The notes beneath the pieces are model-generated. The model was not told where the DNA came from, ran no database searches, and saw only the letters and a program-made list of their open reading frames with translations. A stretch of DNA of 63,312 bases, filler included, from Octopus bimaculoides (lineage: Eukaryota), in the NCBI RefSeq assembly GCF_001194135.2. It is 9 parts of 9 records of this genome, joined end to end, with 100 filler letters (N's around TTAATTAATTAA, not from the genome) between each part and the next. Parts side by side here need not be neighbours in the genome. Positions count along the whole stretch, not along the records: positions 15,768 to 28,906 come from NC_068989.1; positions 29,007 to 34,733 come from NC_068987.1; positions 34,834 to 53,459 come from NC_068991.1; 6 more parts are not named here. One strand, 5' to 3'. The position numbers and the translations under genes are program-made. Shown here piece after piece: positions 24,775 to 36,007 of this stretch. Position 1 is the stretch's first letter, and every line of letters begins with the position of its first letter.

Positions 24775-26079
24775 GNNNNNNNNNNNNNNNNNNNNNNNNN
24801 NNNNNNNNNNNNNNNNNNNNNNNNNNNNNNNNNNNNNNNNNNNNNNNNNNNNNNNNNNNNNNNNNNNNNNNNNNNNNNNNNNNNNNNNNNNNNNNNNNNN
24901 NNNNNNNNNNNNNNNNNNNNNNNNNNNNNNNNNNNNNNNNNNNNNNNNNNNNNNNNNNNNNNNNNNNNNNNNNNNNNNNNNNNNNNNNNNNNNNNNNNNN
25001 NNNNNNNNNNNNNNNNNNNNNNNNNNNNNNNNNNNNNNNNNNNNNNNNNNNNNNNNNNNNNNNNNNNNNNNNNNNNNNNNNNNNNNNNNNNNNNNNNNNN
25101 NNNNNNNNNNNNNNNNNNNNNNNNNNNNNNNNNNNNNNNNNNNNNNNNNNNNNNNNNNNNNNNNNNNNNNNNNNNNNNNNNNNNNNNNNNNNNNNNNNNN
25201 NNNNNNNNNNNNNNNNNNNNNNNNNNNNNNNNNNNNNNNNNNNNNNNNNNNNNNNNNNNNNNNNNNNNNNNNNNNNNNNNNNNNNNNNNNNNNNNNNNNN
25301 NNNNNNNNNNNNNNNNNNNNNNNNNNNNNNNNNNNNNNNNNNNNNNNNNNNNNNNNNNNNNNNNNNNNNNNNNNNNNNNNNNNNNNNNNNNNNNNNNNNN
25401 NNNNNNNNNNNNNNNNNNNNNNNNNNNNNNNNNNNNNNNNNNNNNNNNNNNNNNNNNNNNNNNNNNNNNNNNNNNNNNNNNNNNNNNNNNNNNNNNNNNN
25501 NNNNNNNNNNNNNNNNNNNNNNNNNNNNNNNNNNNNNNNNNNNNNNNNNNNNNNNNNNNNNATTAGTATAACGCTCGGGAAGTGAAAATGTCTTTAACGT
25601 TTCGAGCCTACGCTCTTCCACAGAAAGGAACACAGAAAGAAACCTGGAGAGAAAAAAAGAATGTGTAGTGACTAGCGATCTATCATATATATATATATAT
25701 ATATAAATATATATGTACGTATGTATATGTATGTACATATATGGCGATATATATATACATATATATATGTATGTATGTATGTAAGCATGCATGTATGTAT
25801 GCATGCATGTATGTATGTATGTATGTATGTATGTATGTATAAAACACAATTATAAATATTCGTGTATAGAATATAAGCGTAGGTGCATAGGCCCTCATAT
25901 ATACACGCACTAACTCAACCACATATTGGCAAACTCCGGAATGTCTTCTCACTTTGTTAGCGATCGGCTTGAACTCCATAAAGAGGAAATTAGATCAATC
26001 TTGGGCGGGGGATCCTAAGTACGTACATGCTTATCGATCCAACACCACAGACGATTGTAGTCTCTCTGAGCTTCCTTGT

Positions 26080-26420
26080 TGTCAATGGCATTTTTAACAT
26101 TCTTTCCATGCCCTATCGCATGATTATTCAGTCCCTCTGCAGACCTGCACAGTTTGAAGCATAGATGATAGACCAAAGTCATAACTTTACTGGACTCACC
26201 GGATTACTTTGTGAGACCGCCTGTGAATCGCCATATGTCTCTGCAGACAAGAAATCGACTTGTAATCCTTTTCACACACTAAAATATTTCAAATCACCCG
26301 CTCTAAGAGGAAGGATGTTGCATACAATTGATCTTTCATGGGACTTCAGATCGTCAACATACTCAGAATTGGAAAGGAGAACACGGGCACACACGGTTCA
26401 CACCTTCAGCAGTTTATCAT
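26080..26420 (-). pseudogene. Three decayed C2H2 zinc fingers, probably an RTE-type ORF C-terminus
   Basis: *TVCARVLLSNSEYVDDLKSH, LVCEKDYKSISCLQRHMAIH and HLCFKLCRSAEGLNNHAIGH in shifted frames; no TGEKP linkers. Confidence 0.55.
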
Positions 26421-26424
26421 CTCG

Positions 26425-26851
26425 TTGAGGTTCTGATGAAACATTGGCCGCCCGAAGCTGAGGTACAGAGACGTATGCAGGAGGGATATGAAGGCACTTG
26501 GTATCAACACCAATTCCTGGGAGGATCTCGCAGCCGACCGAACCAGCTTGAGAGGCACTCTTCACAAACAACTGCAGACCGGCGAAGAGAATTTGAGGGT
26601 GGCAGCAGCTGAAAGCCGAGCCCGCAGAAAAGAAATGAGAGCCAACAGACCGGATTCAACGTATAGGTGTGACCTCTGCAAACAAGACTGCCGCTCTCGC
26701 ATCGGTCTCTACAGCCACAGGAGGCGTTGCAAAAACTGAATAGACAACTCAACAGATGGATGACATCATCCATGATCAGCCATGNNNNNNNNNNGACAAC
26801 TCAACAGATGGATGACATCATCCATGATCAGCCATGACCGACGGAGGCCTA
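26425..26851 (+). mobile_element. RTE LINE 3' end (5'-truncated)
   Basis: GRPKLRYRDVCRRDMKALGINTNSWEDLAADR...YRCDLCKQDCRSRIGLYSHRRRC*, the canonical RTE C-terminus, followed by a short 3' UTR. Confidence 0.9.
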
Positions 26852-26884
26852 AGGAAAGAACTAAGGAGGTTCTGTTGACAGCCC

Positions 26885-27148
26885 CTCAGAAGCCCGTACT
26901 TTAGGCTTTCTTGCTCTCGGTGACCCCTTGAAAAGGTTTGCAGCCCTCCCTTATACGCTTCCTCTACTCAGGTCTTTCCAAAACTAGTTCTTCCCAGTTC
27001 TTCACACCGATCTGCAGTTCCTTCAGGTTGTCTTTAAGGCATTCTTTGTACCGTTTTTGTGGCTTGTACTGAAGACGCTTTCCAGTGCGCAGCTCGCCGT
27101 AGAACAGCTACTTTCGAATCCTATTATCTTCCATGCGCACAACATGAG
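26885..27148 (-). mobile_element. RTE LINE post-RT fragment
   Basis: HVVRMEDNRIRK*LFYGELRTGKRLQYKPQKRYKECLKDNLKELQIGVKNWEEL. Confidence 0.85.
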
Positions 27149-27242
27149 CTGCCATATGCATACATACATACATACATACATACATACACACGTGGTTGTG
27201 TGTGTAGAATGAATGTTTATTATACTTTTGCAAGAAGAATGT

Positions 27243-27619
27243 GGAGGCGCAATGGCCTAGTGGTTAGGGTAACGGACTCGCGGTCATAGGATCGCGGTTT
27301 CGATTCCCAGACCGGGCGTTGTGAGTGTTTATTGAGCGAAGACACCTAAAGTTCCACGAGGATCCGGCAGGGGATGGTGGCGAACCCTGCTGTACTCTTC
27401 CACCACAACTTTCTCTCACTCTTACTTCCTGTTTCTGTTGTGCCTGTATTTCAAAGGGTCAGCCCTGTCACACTGTGTCACGCTGAATATCCCCGAGAAC
27501 TACTTTAAGGGTACACGCGTCTGTGGAGTGCTCAGCCACTTGCACGTAAATTTCACGAGCAGGCTGTTCCGTTGATCGGATCAACTGGAACCCTCGACGT
27601 CGTAAGCGACGGAGTGCCA
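27243..27619 (+). mobile_element. Full-length tRNA-derived SINE (family B)
   Basis: Pol III A box TGGCCTAGTGG and B box GGTTTCGATTCC, followed by a non-tRNA body. Confidence 0.9.
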
Positions 27620-28243
27620 GTGCAGTGACAAGAAGAATGGTGACATTTGACTTTGAAGTTTCGGCCTGCTAGACTTCGTGGGTATATATGTGTTGTTGTT
27701 GTTGTTATTGTTGTTGTTGTATAGCCCTAATTTAGAACTGAACAAGAAGACCTATGACCAAAGGCGTCCCACTTATAATTTAATAACCTTTTGAATATCT
27801 AGTATTACATCGTATATATGTCAATCTGTTTTTAAGATGACAGTGTGTTATCTGAGGGCGATTTCGCTGCTATTTCAAGCAGGTCGACCAATAACGTTGT
27901 AAATACTCACTCGTTAGTTCGTATGCGTGTTTATTATGTTTAATTAACTAGAAAGCTAATTAACAAATGATATCTTTGTAACTTTCAATTACATGACACA
28001 GAGGCAATCATCTACACGATTCTAATACAGAATCGGTAAATATTTTAATTAACGCTATCTTAATTAATCTTATATTGTCTCCAGAACTCTCCTCTCACTT
28101 TATAACAATTCACATCTGGCGTATGTTTAATTTAAAATAAAAAATAATAATAATAAAAAACTAGAAATCATTCAATTTGTCTTCATTTAGAGAACAAAAC
28201 AAACAAAACAACACTAATTGGCGATCGTCTGGTGATCGACCAA

Positions 28244-28292
<49 letters not shown>

Positions 28293-28791
28293 GTAACAGC
28301 AACAATTTGTAAATTAATGTAAGCTTGTGTGCCGTGAGGAAAAGTAATTTCCGACGTTTTATACAGGATTCTTCTACGGAAAAAAAAGAAAGACCAGTGA
28401 AAGTTCCAACGTTTTGAAGTAGGACTTACTTCGAAGAAACTTTGCGGTAAGGGTCTGACGTTCTAAGCAGGATCGTTTTGTGCTATGAAGGAAAATTGTG
28501 ACGATAGTCTGCAAGTAAAATTGAATGAAAAAAAAATTATCTCTTTCTTAACATTCAGTAATTTCTTTTGATTTCAAATTCTACTCGTTTTTAGTTGGAA
28601 ATAACAGTTTGTCCTACTGAAATCGATAAAAATATGTACCAAGAATATGGCAATAAATATTGAGTTCTTCGACTAAGTACCTCAAAGTATTTAGTTTCAT
28701 CTCTCTACCTTCTGAGTTTAGATCATACGTCTATCTGATATTGTGTTTTATTAGCCAGAAATCTCTGAAATATACAAATACGCTCGTTATA

Positions 28792-28906
28792 GGCGTAGGG
28801 GTGGCTGTGTGGTAAGTAGCTTGCTTACCAACCACATGGTTCCGGGTTCAGTCTCACTGCGTGACATCTTGGTCAAGTGTCTTCTACTATAGCCTCGGGC
28901 CGACTA
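28792..28906 (+). mobile_element. SINE family A head
   Basis: GGCGTAGGGGTGGCTGTGTGGTAAGTAGCTTGC...; truncated by the contig end. Confidence 0.85.
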
Positions 28907-28950
28907 NNNNNNNNNNNNNNNNNNNNNNNNNNNNNNNNNNNNNNNNNNNN

Positions 28951-28962
28951 TTAATTAATTAA
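28951..28962. other. Artificial contig-joining spacer
   Basis: TTAATTAATTAA within a 100-nt N spacer. Confidence 0.95.
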
Positions 28963-29218
28963 NNNNNNNNNNNNNNNNNNNNNNNNNNNNNNNNNNNNNN
29001 NNNNNNGGGGGGGGGGAAGAAAGGAAGGAAGTGGGGTAGAATTTCGTTCAAAAGGGATCGTGAAAATAAAAAGGTAAACCATGGTGAAAGTCGATCAATA
29101 GGGATCGTGTATCACAGTCAATGTAAAAACGGGGAACAGATTAGGTTTATCCGTGGGGAGAAAATCCTACGAAAAAGACCATCCTCCTTTTCAAGTGGTA
29201 CTTGAAAAAGTTGACGAG

Positions 29219-29259
<41 letters not shown>

Positions 29260-29661
29260 GTAGAATGGTAGTAGGAGAAGTACAAGCGGGATGGAAGTCA
29301 AGAAAACAACGGCTAGAGAGCGGGGCTGGCTGGCGGAGAGAGAGGTATGCTTTGATTATGCCTCTTTTAATGAATGAGCCGGTTATTTGACGTAAATATA
29401 TGTAAGCCAGTTGTTAGTTTGGTTAATCTTCAGGTCAAACGATTCTGTACTCATCAAGACGAAACTGTTCACCTCATTGGCTCCGCTGTGAAGTTCTGCT
29501 GGATGTGACGGAGCTGTCTTAGTAACAGTCAGCTTCGCTGATCCTGGTTCAGGTTCTAGTACTAGCACTCCTGATGGTGATGGTGGTGGTTGTGGTGGTG
29601 TAGGTGCAAGTATTGCTGCTGTACTTCGTGGTATGTTACAGTTCTTTCCATTTCTGTTCTT

Positions 29662-29896
29662 TTATTCTTTTACTTGTTTCAATCGTGAGACTGCGGCCGA
29701 GCTGGGGCACCTCTTTGAAGAAATTTAGTCGAACGAATCGACCCAAGTATTTATATGATTTTTGTTTTGTTGTTGTTGTTTTGTTTTGTTATTTTGTTTT
29801 GTTTTAAGCCTGGTATTTTTTCTATCGATATCTTTTGCCGAACCGCTAAGTTACGGCGACGTAAGTACACTAACATCGGTTGTCAAGCGTTGGTAT

Positions 29897-29952
<56 letters not shown>

Positions 29953-30040
29953 CATGACGGGCTTCTTTCAGTTTCCGTCTACGAAATCCATTCACATGGC
30001 TTTGTTCGGCCTGAGGCAATAATAGAAGACACTGTTGCCC
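29662..30040 (-). mobile_element. SINE family A
   Basis: Tail, internal (CA)n and body motifs in reverse orientation. Confidence 0.85.
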
Positions 30041-30575
30041 NNNNNNNNNNNNNNNNNNNNNNNNNNNNNNNNNNNNNNNNNNNNNNNNNNNNNNNNNNNN
30101 NNNNNNNNNNNNNNNNNNNNNNNNNNNNNNNNNNNNNNNNNNNNNNNNNNNNNNNNNNNNNNNNNNNNNNNNNNNNNNNNNNNNNNNNNNNNNNNNNNNN
30201 NNNNNNNNNNNNNNNNNNNNNNNNNNNNNNNNNNNNNNNNNNNNNNNNNNNNNNNNNNNNNNNNNNNNNNNNNNNNNNNNNNNNNNNNNNNNNNNNNNNN
30301 NNNNNNNNNNNNNNNNNNNNNNNNNNNNNNNNNNNNNNNNNNNNNNNNNNNNNNNTATATATATATATATTTGATTATATGTATTTATTTTCTATTAGCT
30401 AACAATTAACTCCGACAAAATAAATTGGTTAATAGATACCAGGGTAGCAAAAATCACAAAATGACTGTGGTGTAACTCCTGTTTATGAGGTAGAAACTCC
30501 CTGTTAGTTTGGGGTATTTGAGTAAATATAAAATTTAATAAATGGAGTAATACGCATTTGTTAAATGAATTCTTT

Positions 30576-30667
30576 TATTTCCGACGTATGTTTCGAAGAT
30601 TACAAATGGTTTCTTCCAAAGGAACAAGTGATGTTGATAAAGATGTAATCTTCTCTTCAGGGAAATA
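30576..30667 (-). ncRNA. Type I hammerhead ribozyme (Penelope-associated minimal type)
   Basis: - strand reads TATTTCC-CTGAAGA-GAAGATTACA-(39 nt)-TGTAATCTTC-GAAA-CATACG-TC-GGAAATA: perfect 7-bp stem I, intact CUGANGA/GAAA core, perfect 10-bp stem II, minimal stem III and a GUC cleavage triplet. Confidence 0.85.
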
Positions 30668-31519
30668 CATAAGATCTAACTTAACCGTAAGACATTTTAA
30701 CCGAATGACATAAAAGAAATAAAAGAATTCATTTAACATATGCGTATTACTCCATCTATTAAATTTTATATATATGTATATATATACGGAAGATCCTGAA
30801 AGGTCTAGCACCCGACTTAGGGATTGAAAGTTATACCAATCAATGGACTGAACGCCACTGCTGCATAGTACCAGAGACTCACTTTCTCCGTCCAGAGTAA
30901 TGACTCAATACTGTGACAGCTAAGGGCTCAAAGATCCGAAGAGTAGCTCTGGATGTGTTCATGGAAGAGTTTGTCAATTTTCATTTGATGTACCAGATGA
31001 AACCATATTACGGCAGGAAACGCTAAGAAAAGCAACTCTGTCGAAACCACTACTTCACCAGAACTGATTCCGAAGACGGGACGGGGAATGAATCTAAAAT
31101 CAGCAAGGATCTAACTCGTTCAATCCAATTTCTTGTCACCACATTAACTCAATTTTTAGTGGGGAGATAACCCAGTTTTTTTAATGGCAATTTTTTAATG
31201 GGGGTGAGATAGCCAAAAAGTACCTTTTATCCTTTGCTTTTTATCGACTTTGCTTTTTATCCTTTGCTTTTTGTGGATGAAATAAGTAGCGGTTGAGCAC
31301 TGGTATCGATGTAATTAATTGATTAGTTCCCTCTCGCAAGTTTTTTTGGCCGGTTGGTCGGTTGGTATGACAAAGTGTCAGCGAACCATGTCTGCAAAGC
31401 AGCTTTCTCTTTCTGGCTTTACTTAATAAACTTGCATATTGGGAATATTGCTGAGCAGGTACACTTTATAAAATTTCTGGGGTTCGTTTTTTGTTTGTTT
31501 GTGTTTCTGGGGAAAGATT

Positions 31520-31677
31520 TATTTTTATTTATTTATTTATTTATTTATTTTATTTATTTATTTATTTATTTACTTATTTTATTTATTTATTTTATCATTT
31601 GCCACGCCGTAAATTCAGCCATGCTTGTCACCCGCATCATCATCACCACTATCTCTATGGCCACCACTGTCGTCACC

Positions 31678-31745
<68 letters not shown>

Positions 31746-32180
31746 AATCATCATCATTATCGTCATCATCACTGTCATCATAATCATTGTCATCACGACT
31801 ACCGTCATTACCACTACTACCATCACCATCGTCGTCAGCAGTTAGCAGCAGCAGCAGCAGCGACATCATCATCATCATAATCATCATCATTCTTTTATTC
31901 GTTTTAGCCATTCAGCTGCGGTCATGCTGGAGCACCACAGTTATCATTAATACCATCTTCATCTTCATCATCATCATCTTCATCATCATCATCATCATAT
32001 GCATCACCTTCACCACCACTACCATCGTCGTCGTCATCATCATCCTTATCATCATCTTAATCACCGTTATCGTCATAAATCCCTTACCACCGACACCACC
32101 ACCTCAACCACCCCTCCTTCACCTTCCCATCTTCCCTCCTCCTCTGCATCATCATCATCATCATCATCATCATCCTCATC
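31520..32180. repeat. (TTTA)n followed by long (CAT/CAC/CAG)n compound microsatellite
   Basis: Low-complexity tract; source of the poly-His/Ile/Met/Asp ORFs. Confidence 0.9.
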
Positions 32181-32419
32181 CCTCCCCCTCATCAGATTTA
32201 TTGTTAAACCCGGTTGATTTATTCAACTTGTCGTCGCTCCAGTGGTTGACATAAATACATAAGCGCATTGCTTGACCCCGGAGGAATAGCAAAAGAAGGT
32301 GAACGTGTGCAACGGAGTGAAGTGATGATTAAGAGAAGAACCTGACAATGGGCTTGGGACGGGTTGTAAACCCCGAAAGGTAGTGGTGGTGGTGGTGGTA
32401 ATCCGAAATAGGGTTCTCT

Positions 32420-32750
32420 CTTTACTCTTTTACTCTCTTTAACTTGTTTCAGTCATTTGACTGCGGCCATGCTGGAGCACCGCTTTTTAGTCGAGCAAAT
32501 CGACCCCAGGACTCACTCTTTGTAAGCCTAGTACTTATTCTATCGGTCTCTTCTGCCGAGTTTATAGGGACGTAAACAAAACTACAGCGGTCGTCAAGCA
32601 GTGATGGTGGGGACCAACGGAAGCATGATGACATGCACAAACACACAAACACACACATACGCATACATATATACACATACACACACATGCCTACGCACAC
32701 TCACATACACACACCAGACGTGTGTGTGTATGTGTGTGTGTGTGGCGGGG
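32420..32750 (-). mobile_element. SINE family A, 3' part
   Basis: TTTACTCTTTTAC tail and GACTGCGGCCATGCTGGAGCACCG motif. Confidence 0.85.
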
Positions 32751-32860
32751 GGCAGCCAATCAAGAGAGGGCAAAGGTCAGGCGTAAAACAACACTTCTTG
32801 GTAATGGAAAAAGTATTTCATCCAATACATCAATTGAACTGTTGTTTAGTCAGATGGCGA

Positions 32861-33000
<140 letters not shown>

Positions 33001-33192
33001 AGGATTGCCCTATGCATATATGTATGTATACATATATATATGAAAATGAATATTGGCGGCGCCCCAGCATAGCCACAGCCTTGGAGCTGAAACTTAAAAA
33101 AAATAAAAGAATGTGTGTGTCTGTGTGTCAATATGTATAAATGTAAGCGATATACACGTGTAAATATTTACCTATTTGTATAAACCTGTATA

Positions 33193-33445
33193 CAGGGTGG
33201 CCCAACAAAAGTAGGTTTACAGTTATCACGTAGGCAATTTAAATGTCTTTTCAAGCATTTTATTGCATTTAAATTTCTATCTTACAAACTGAAACGGGAG
33301 CTTGACAAAATTAACTAAATTAGCATAGAATAATGATTTCATATTTTTTTTTTATAATTAAGATCTAAATTAAGATCTAAACTGTTAATATATGAATGCG
33401 AAAGAGATAGTTGAATATCCGTAAACCTATTTTGGAGCCACCCTA
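33193..33445. mobile_element. Tc1/mariner-type MITE
   Basis: TIRs CAGGGTGGCCCAACAAAAGTAGGTTTAC and GTAAACCTATTTTGGAGCCACCCTA, flanked by TA. Confidence 0.8.
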
Positions 33446-34777
33446 TATATATNNNNNNNNNNNNNNNNNNNNNNNNNNNNNNNNNNNNNNNNNNNNNNNN
33501 NNNNNNNNNNNNNNNNNNNNNNNNNNNNNNNNNNNNNNNNNNNNNNNNNNNNNNNNNNNNNNNNNNNNNNNNNNNNNNNNNNNNNNNNNNNNNNNNNNNN
33601 NNNNNNNNNNNNNNNNNNNNNNNNNNNNNNNNNNNNNNNNNNNNNNNNNNNNNNNNNNNNNNNNNNNNNNNNNNNNNNNNNNNNNNNNNNNNNNNNNNNN
33701 NNNNNNNNNNNNNNNNNNNNNNNNNNNNNNNNNNNNNNNNNNNNNNNNNNNNNNNNNNNNNNNNNNNNNNNNNNNNNNNNNNNNNNNNNNNNNNNNNNNN
33801 NNNNNNNNNNNNNNNNNNNNNNNNNNNNNNNNNNNNNNNNNNNNNNNNNNNNNNNNNNNNNNNNNNNNNNNNNNNNNNNNNNNNNNNNNNNNNNNNNNNN
33901 NNNNNNNNNNNNNNNNNNNNNNNNNNNNNNNNNNNNNNNNNNNNNNNNNNNNNNNNNNNNNNNNNNNNNNNNNNNNNNNNNNNNNNNNNNNNNNNNNNNN
34001 NNNNNNNNNNNNNNNNNNNNNNNNNNNNNNNNNNNNNNNNNNNNNNNNNNNNNNNNNNNNNNNNNNNNNNNNNNNNNNNNNNNNNNNNNNNNNNNNNNNN
34101 NNNNNNNNNNNNNNNNNNNNNNNNNNNNNNNNNNNNNNNNNNNNNNNNNNNNNNNNNNNNNNNNNNNNNNNNNNNNNNNNNNNNNNNNNNNNNNNNNNNN
34201 NNNNNNNNNNNNNNNNNNNNNNNNNNNNNNNNNNNNNNNNNNNNNNNNNNNNNNNNNNNNNNNNNNNNNNNNNNNNNNNNNNNNNNNNNNNNNNNNNNNN
34301 NNNNNNNNNNNNNNNNNNNNNNNNNNNNNNNNNNNNNNNGTTGTGGGGGTCACCAAGCATAAGGTGCCGAACTATGAATTGGGAGTGGGAACACGTCCAC
34401 GTGTTATTTTATTTGGCTTAATCGGAAGCAAAACAAAATCACAGCAAATTGATCCAGTAAAAAAAGAAAAATGTCTTTAAGTTGATGACAGCCGAGTGTC
34501 AAACTATGAAACGAATGTCCGTGTGTGTTTGTGTAATTGTTTATATGTATGTGTGTATGCACGTGTGTGTGTGTGTGTGTGTGTGCTTGTGTAATTGTCT
34601 ATATGTATGTGTATGCACGTGTGTGTGTGTGTGTGTGTGTGTTTCTGTTATGCGTGTGCTTATTTCCATGTCACTGTTGATGTATCTGTGTGTGTGTGAG
34701 TGAGTGTGTGTGTGTGTGTGTGTGCGTGTGTGTNNNNNNNNNNNNNNNNNNNNNNNNNNNNNNNNNNNNNNNNNNNN

Positions 34778-34789
34778 TTAATTAATTAA
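34778..34789. other. Artificial contig-joining spacer
   Basis: TTAATTAATTAA within a 100-nt N spacer. Confidence 0.95.
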
Positions 34790-34833
34790 NNNNNNNNNNN
34801 NNNNNNNNNNNNNNNNNNNNNNNNNNNNNNNNN

Positions 34834-35184
34834 CTGGTCTTCTCTTGGAAGAGCCCTGCTTCTCACATGGACAACTGTATGTTGGCTGCTCAAGAGTGGG
34901 CAACAACAAAAAACCTATTTGTATATGCTCCACAAGGGAAAACAAGGAACATAGTTTACAATGAGGTGTTATAATCACAACAGCAAGAAAGTATGTACAT
35001 GATCACCTTCTTTTACGAAACTTCATTGACTTTCATATATTTATATTGATATACACATATATACGTGTGTTTGGGTCCGTGTGTGTATATACATCTCTCT
35101 ATATAAAGATGATGCGTAGTCTAGACGGCGTTTTTAGATTTCATTATTCTCTTTAACCCAGGCAACGCCGGGTATTTCTGCTAG
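34834..35184 (+). mobile_element. Helitron 3' end with RepHel (PIF1-like) helicase C-terminus
   Basis: GLLLEEPCFSHGQLYVGCSRVGNNK/NLFVYAPQGKTRNIVYNEVL* (one +1 frameshift in the poly-A near 34911; stop at 34972-34974), then hairpin ACCCAGGCAACGCCGGGT and terminal CTAG followed by T. Confidence 0.9.
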
Positions 35185-35669
35185 TGTTTTATAAATACAA
35201 GGAAGTTTTATTCATCAAAGTATGCACCCATATTGTCAATACACTTTTGCCATTTCAGCGGTAGCTTGACCAGCCCGGAACTGTAAATGCCTGGCAATCT
35301 AGCGTCAATAAAATCTTGTCAAGCAATGTCGGGGGACAAACATAGACACAGAGACACACACATAGATAGGTGCTACTTTGGCGCGTGATCTACAACTTAA
35401 AGGTGATTACTTCATGTTACTTTTTAGTTTACTTTGTGCTAGTGCTACTTTGGCGCGTGATCTACGTGAGCAAACTACTTTGTGTGTATTACACTCGCGT
35501 TTTTAAAAAATTATTATATTATTTATTTTTGGTTTCTTGATTTATCAAGACATAAATGAAACAAAGTTTTATAATTAAAATAATTTTATCGATGATTTGA
35601 GCGAACATTTGCTAAAAACGCAAGCAAAATGTCTTCAGCACTCTACCTCGTCGGTAGTCAACAGAAATA

Positions 35670-36007
35670 ATCAAGGTGAGATTGAAAGGGCTTTGGATAA
35701 AAGAAAGGCACAGATTGCCGCTATTTTTATGTAGAAAAAAAAACACAGAAATCGTGAAACACTTAAACGTATAATTCAAAGAGAAGTTGCAAAAAATTCG
35801 GTTGATCATTCCAACGAATGGCCAGCATACTCCAATCTAAATTGTCTACATTTTCGCCATTCAATCGTCAACCACAAATAAACATTGATACAAACACTGG
35901 AACCAATTCTCAAGCAATTGAAAGAACCTGGTTGGATTCGAAATTTCGTATTTTGAAAAAGATGAGAGGAGTGAACCAAAGAACCTTCCAATCTCACCTT
36001 AATTATT
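35670..36007 (+). mobile_element. Merlin (ISXO2/IS1016-like) transposase remnant
   Basis: GEIER...RNRETLKRIIQREVAKNSVDHSNEWPAYSNL..FRHSIVNH/..TNTGTNSQAIERTW...RGVNQRTFQSHLNY matches the Merlin catalytic region; contains stops and a frameshift. Confidence 0.85.

Noticed and set aside
26080-26420. Member of the expanded Octopus C2H2 zinc-finger gene family
   Set aside because: There are no TGEKP-type linkers, the spacing is irregular, and the context and style match RTE C-termini.
26742-26835. 42-bp tandem duplication in the RTE tail
   Set aside because: The two identical copies flank a 10-N gap, the usual signature of an unmerged contig overlap.
27243-27320. tRNA gene (also 23825-23897, 1970-2045, 61030-61070)
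   Set aside because: A/B boxes are present but there is no complete cloverleaf, and in the full copies the sequence continues into a SINE body.
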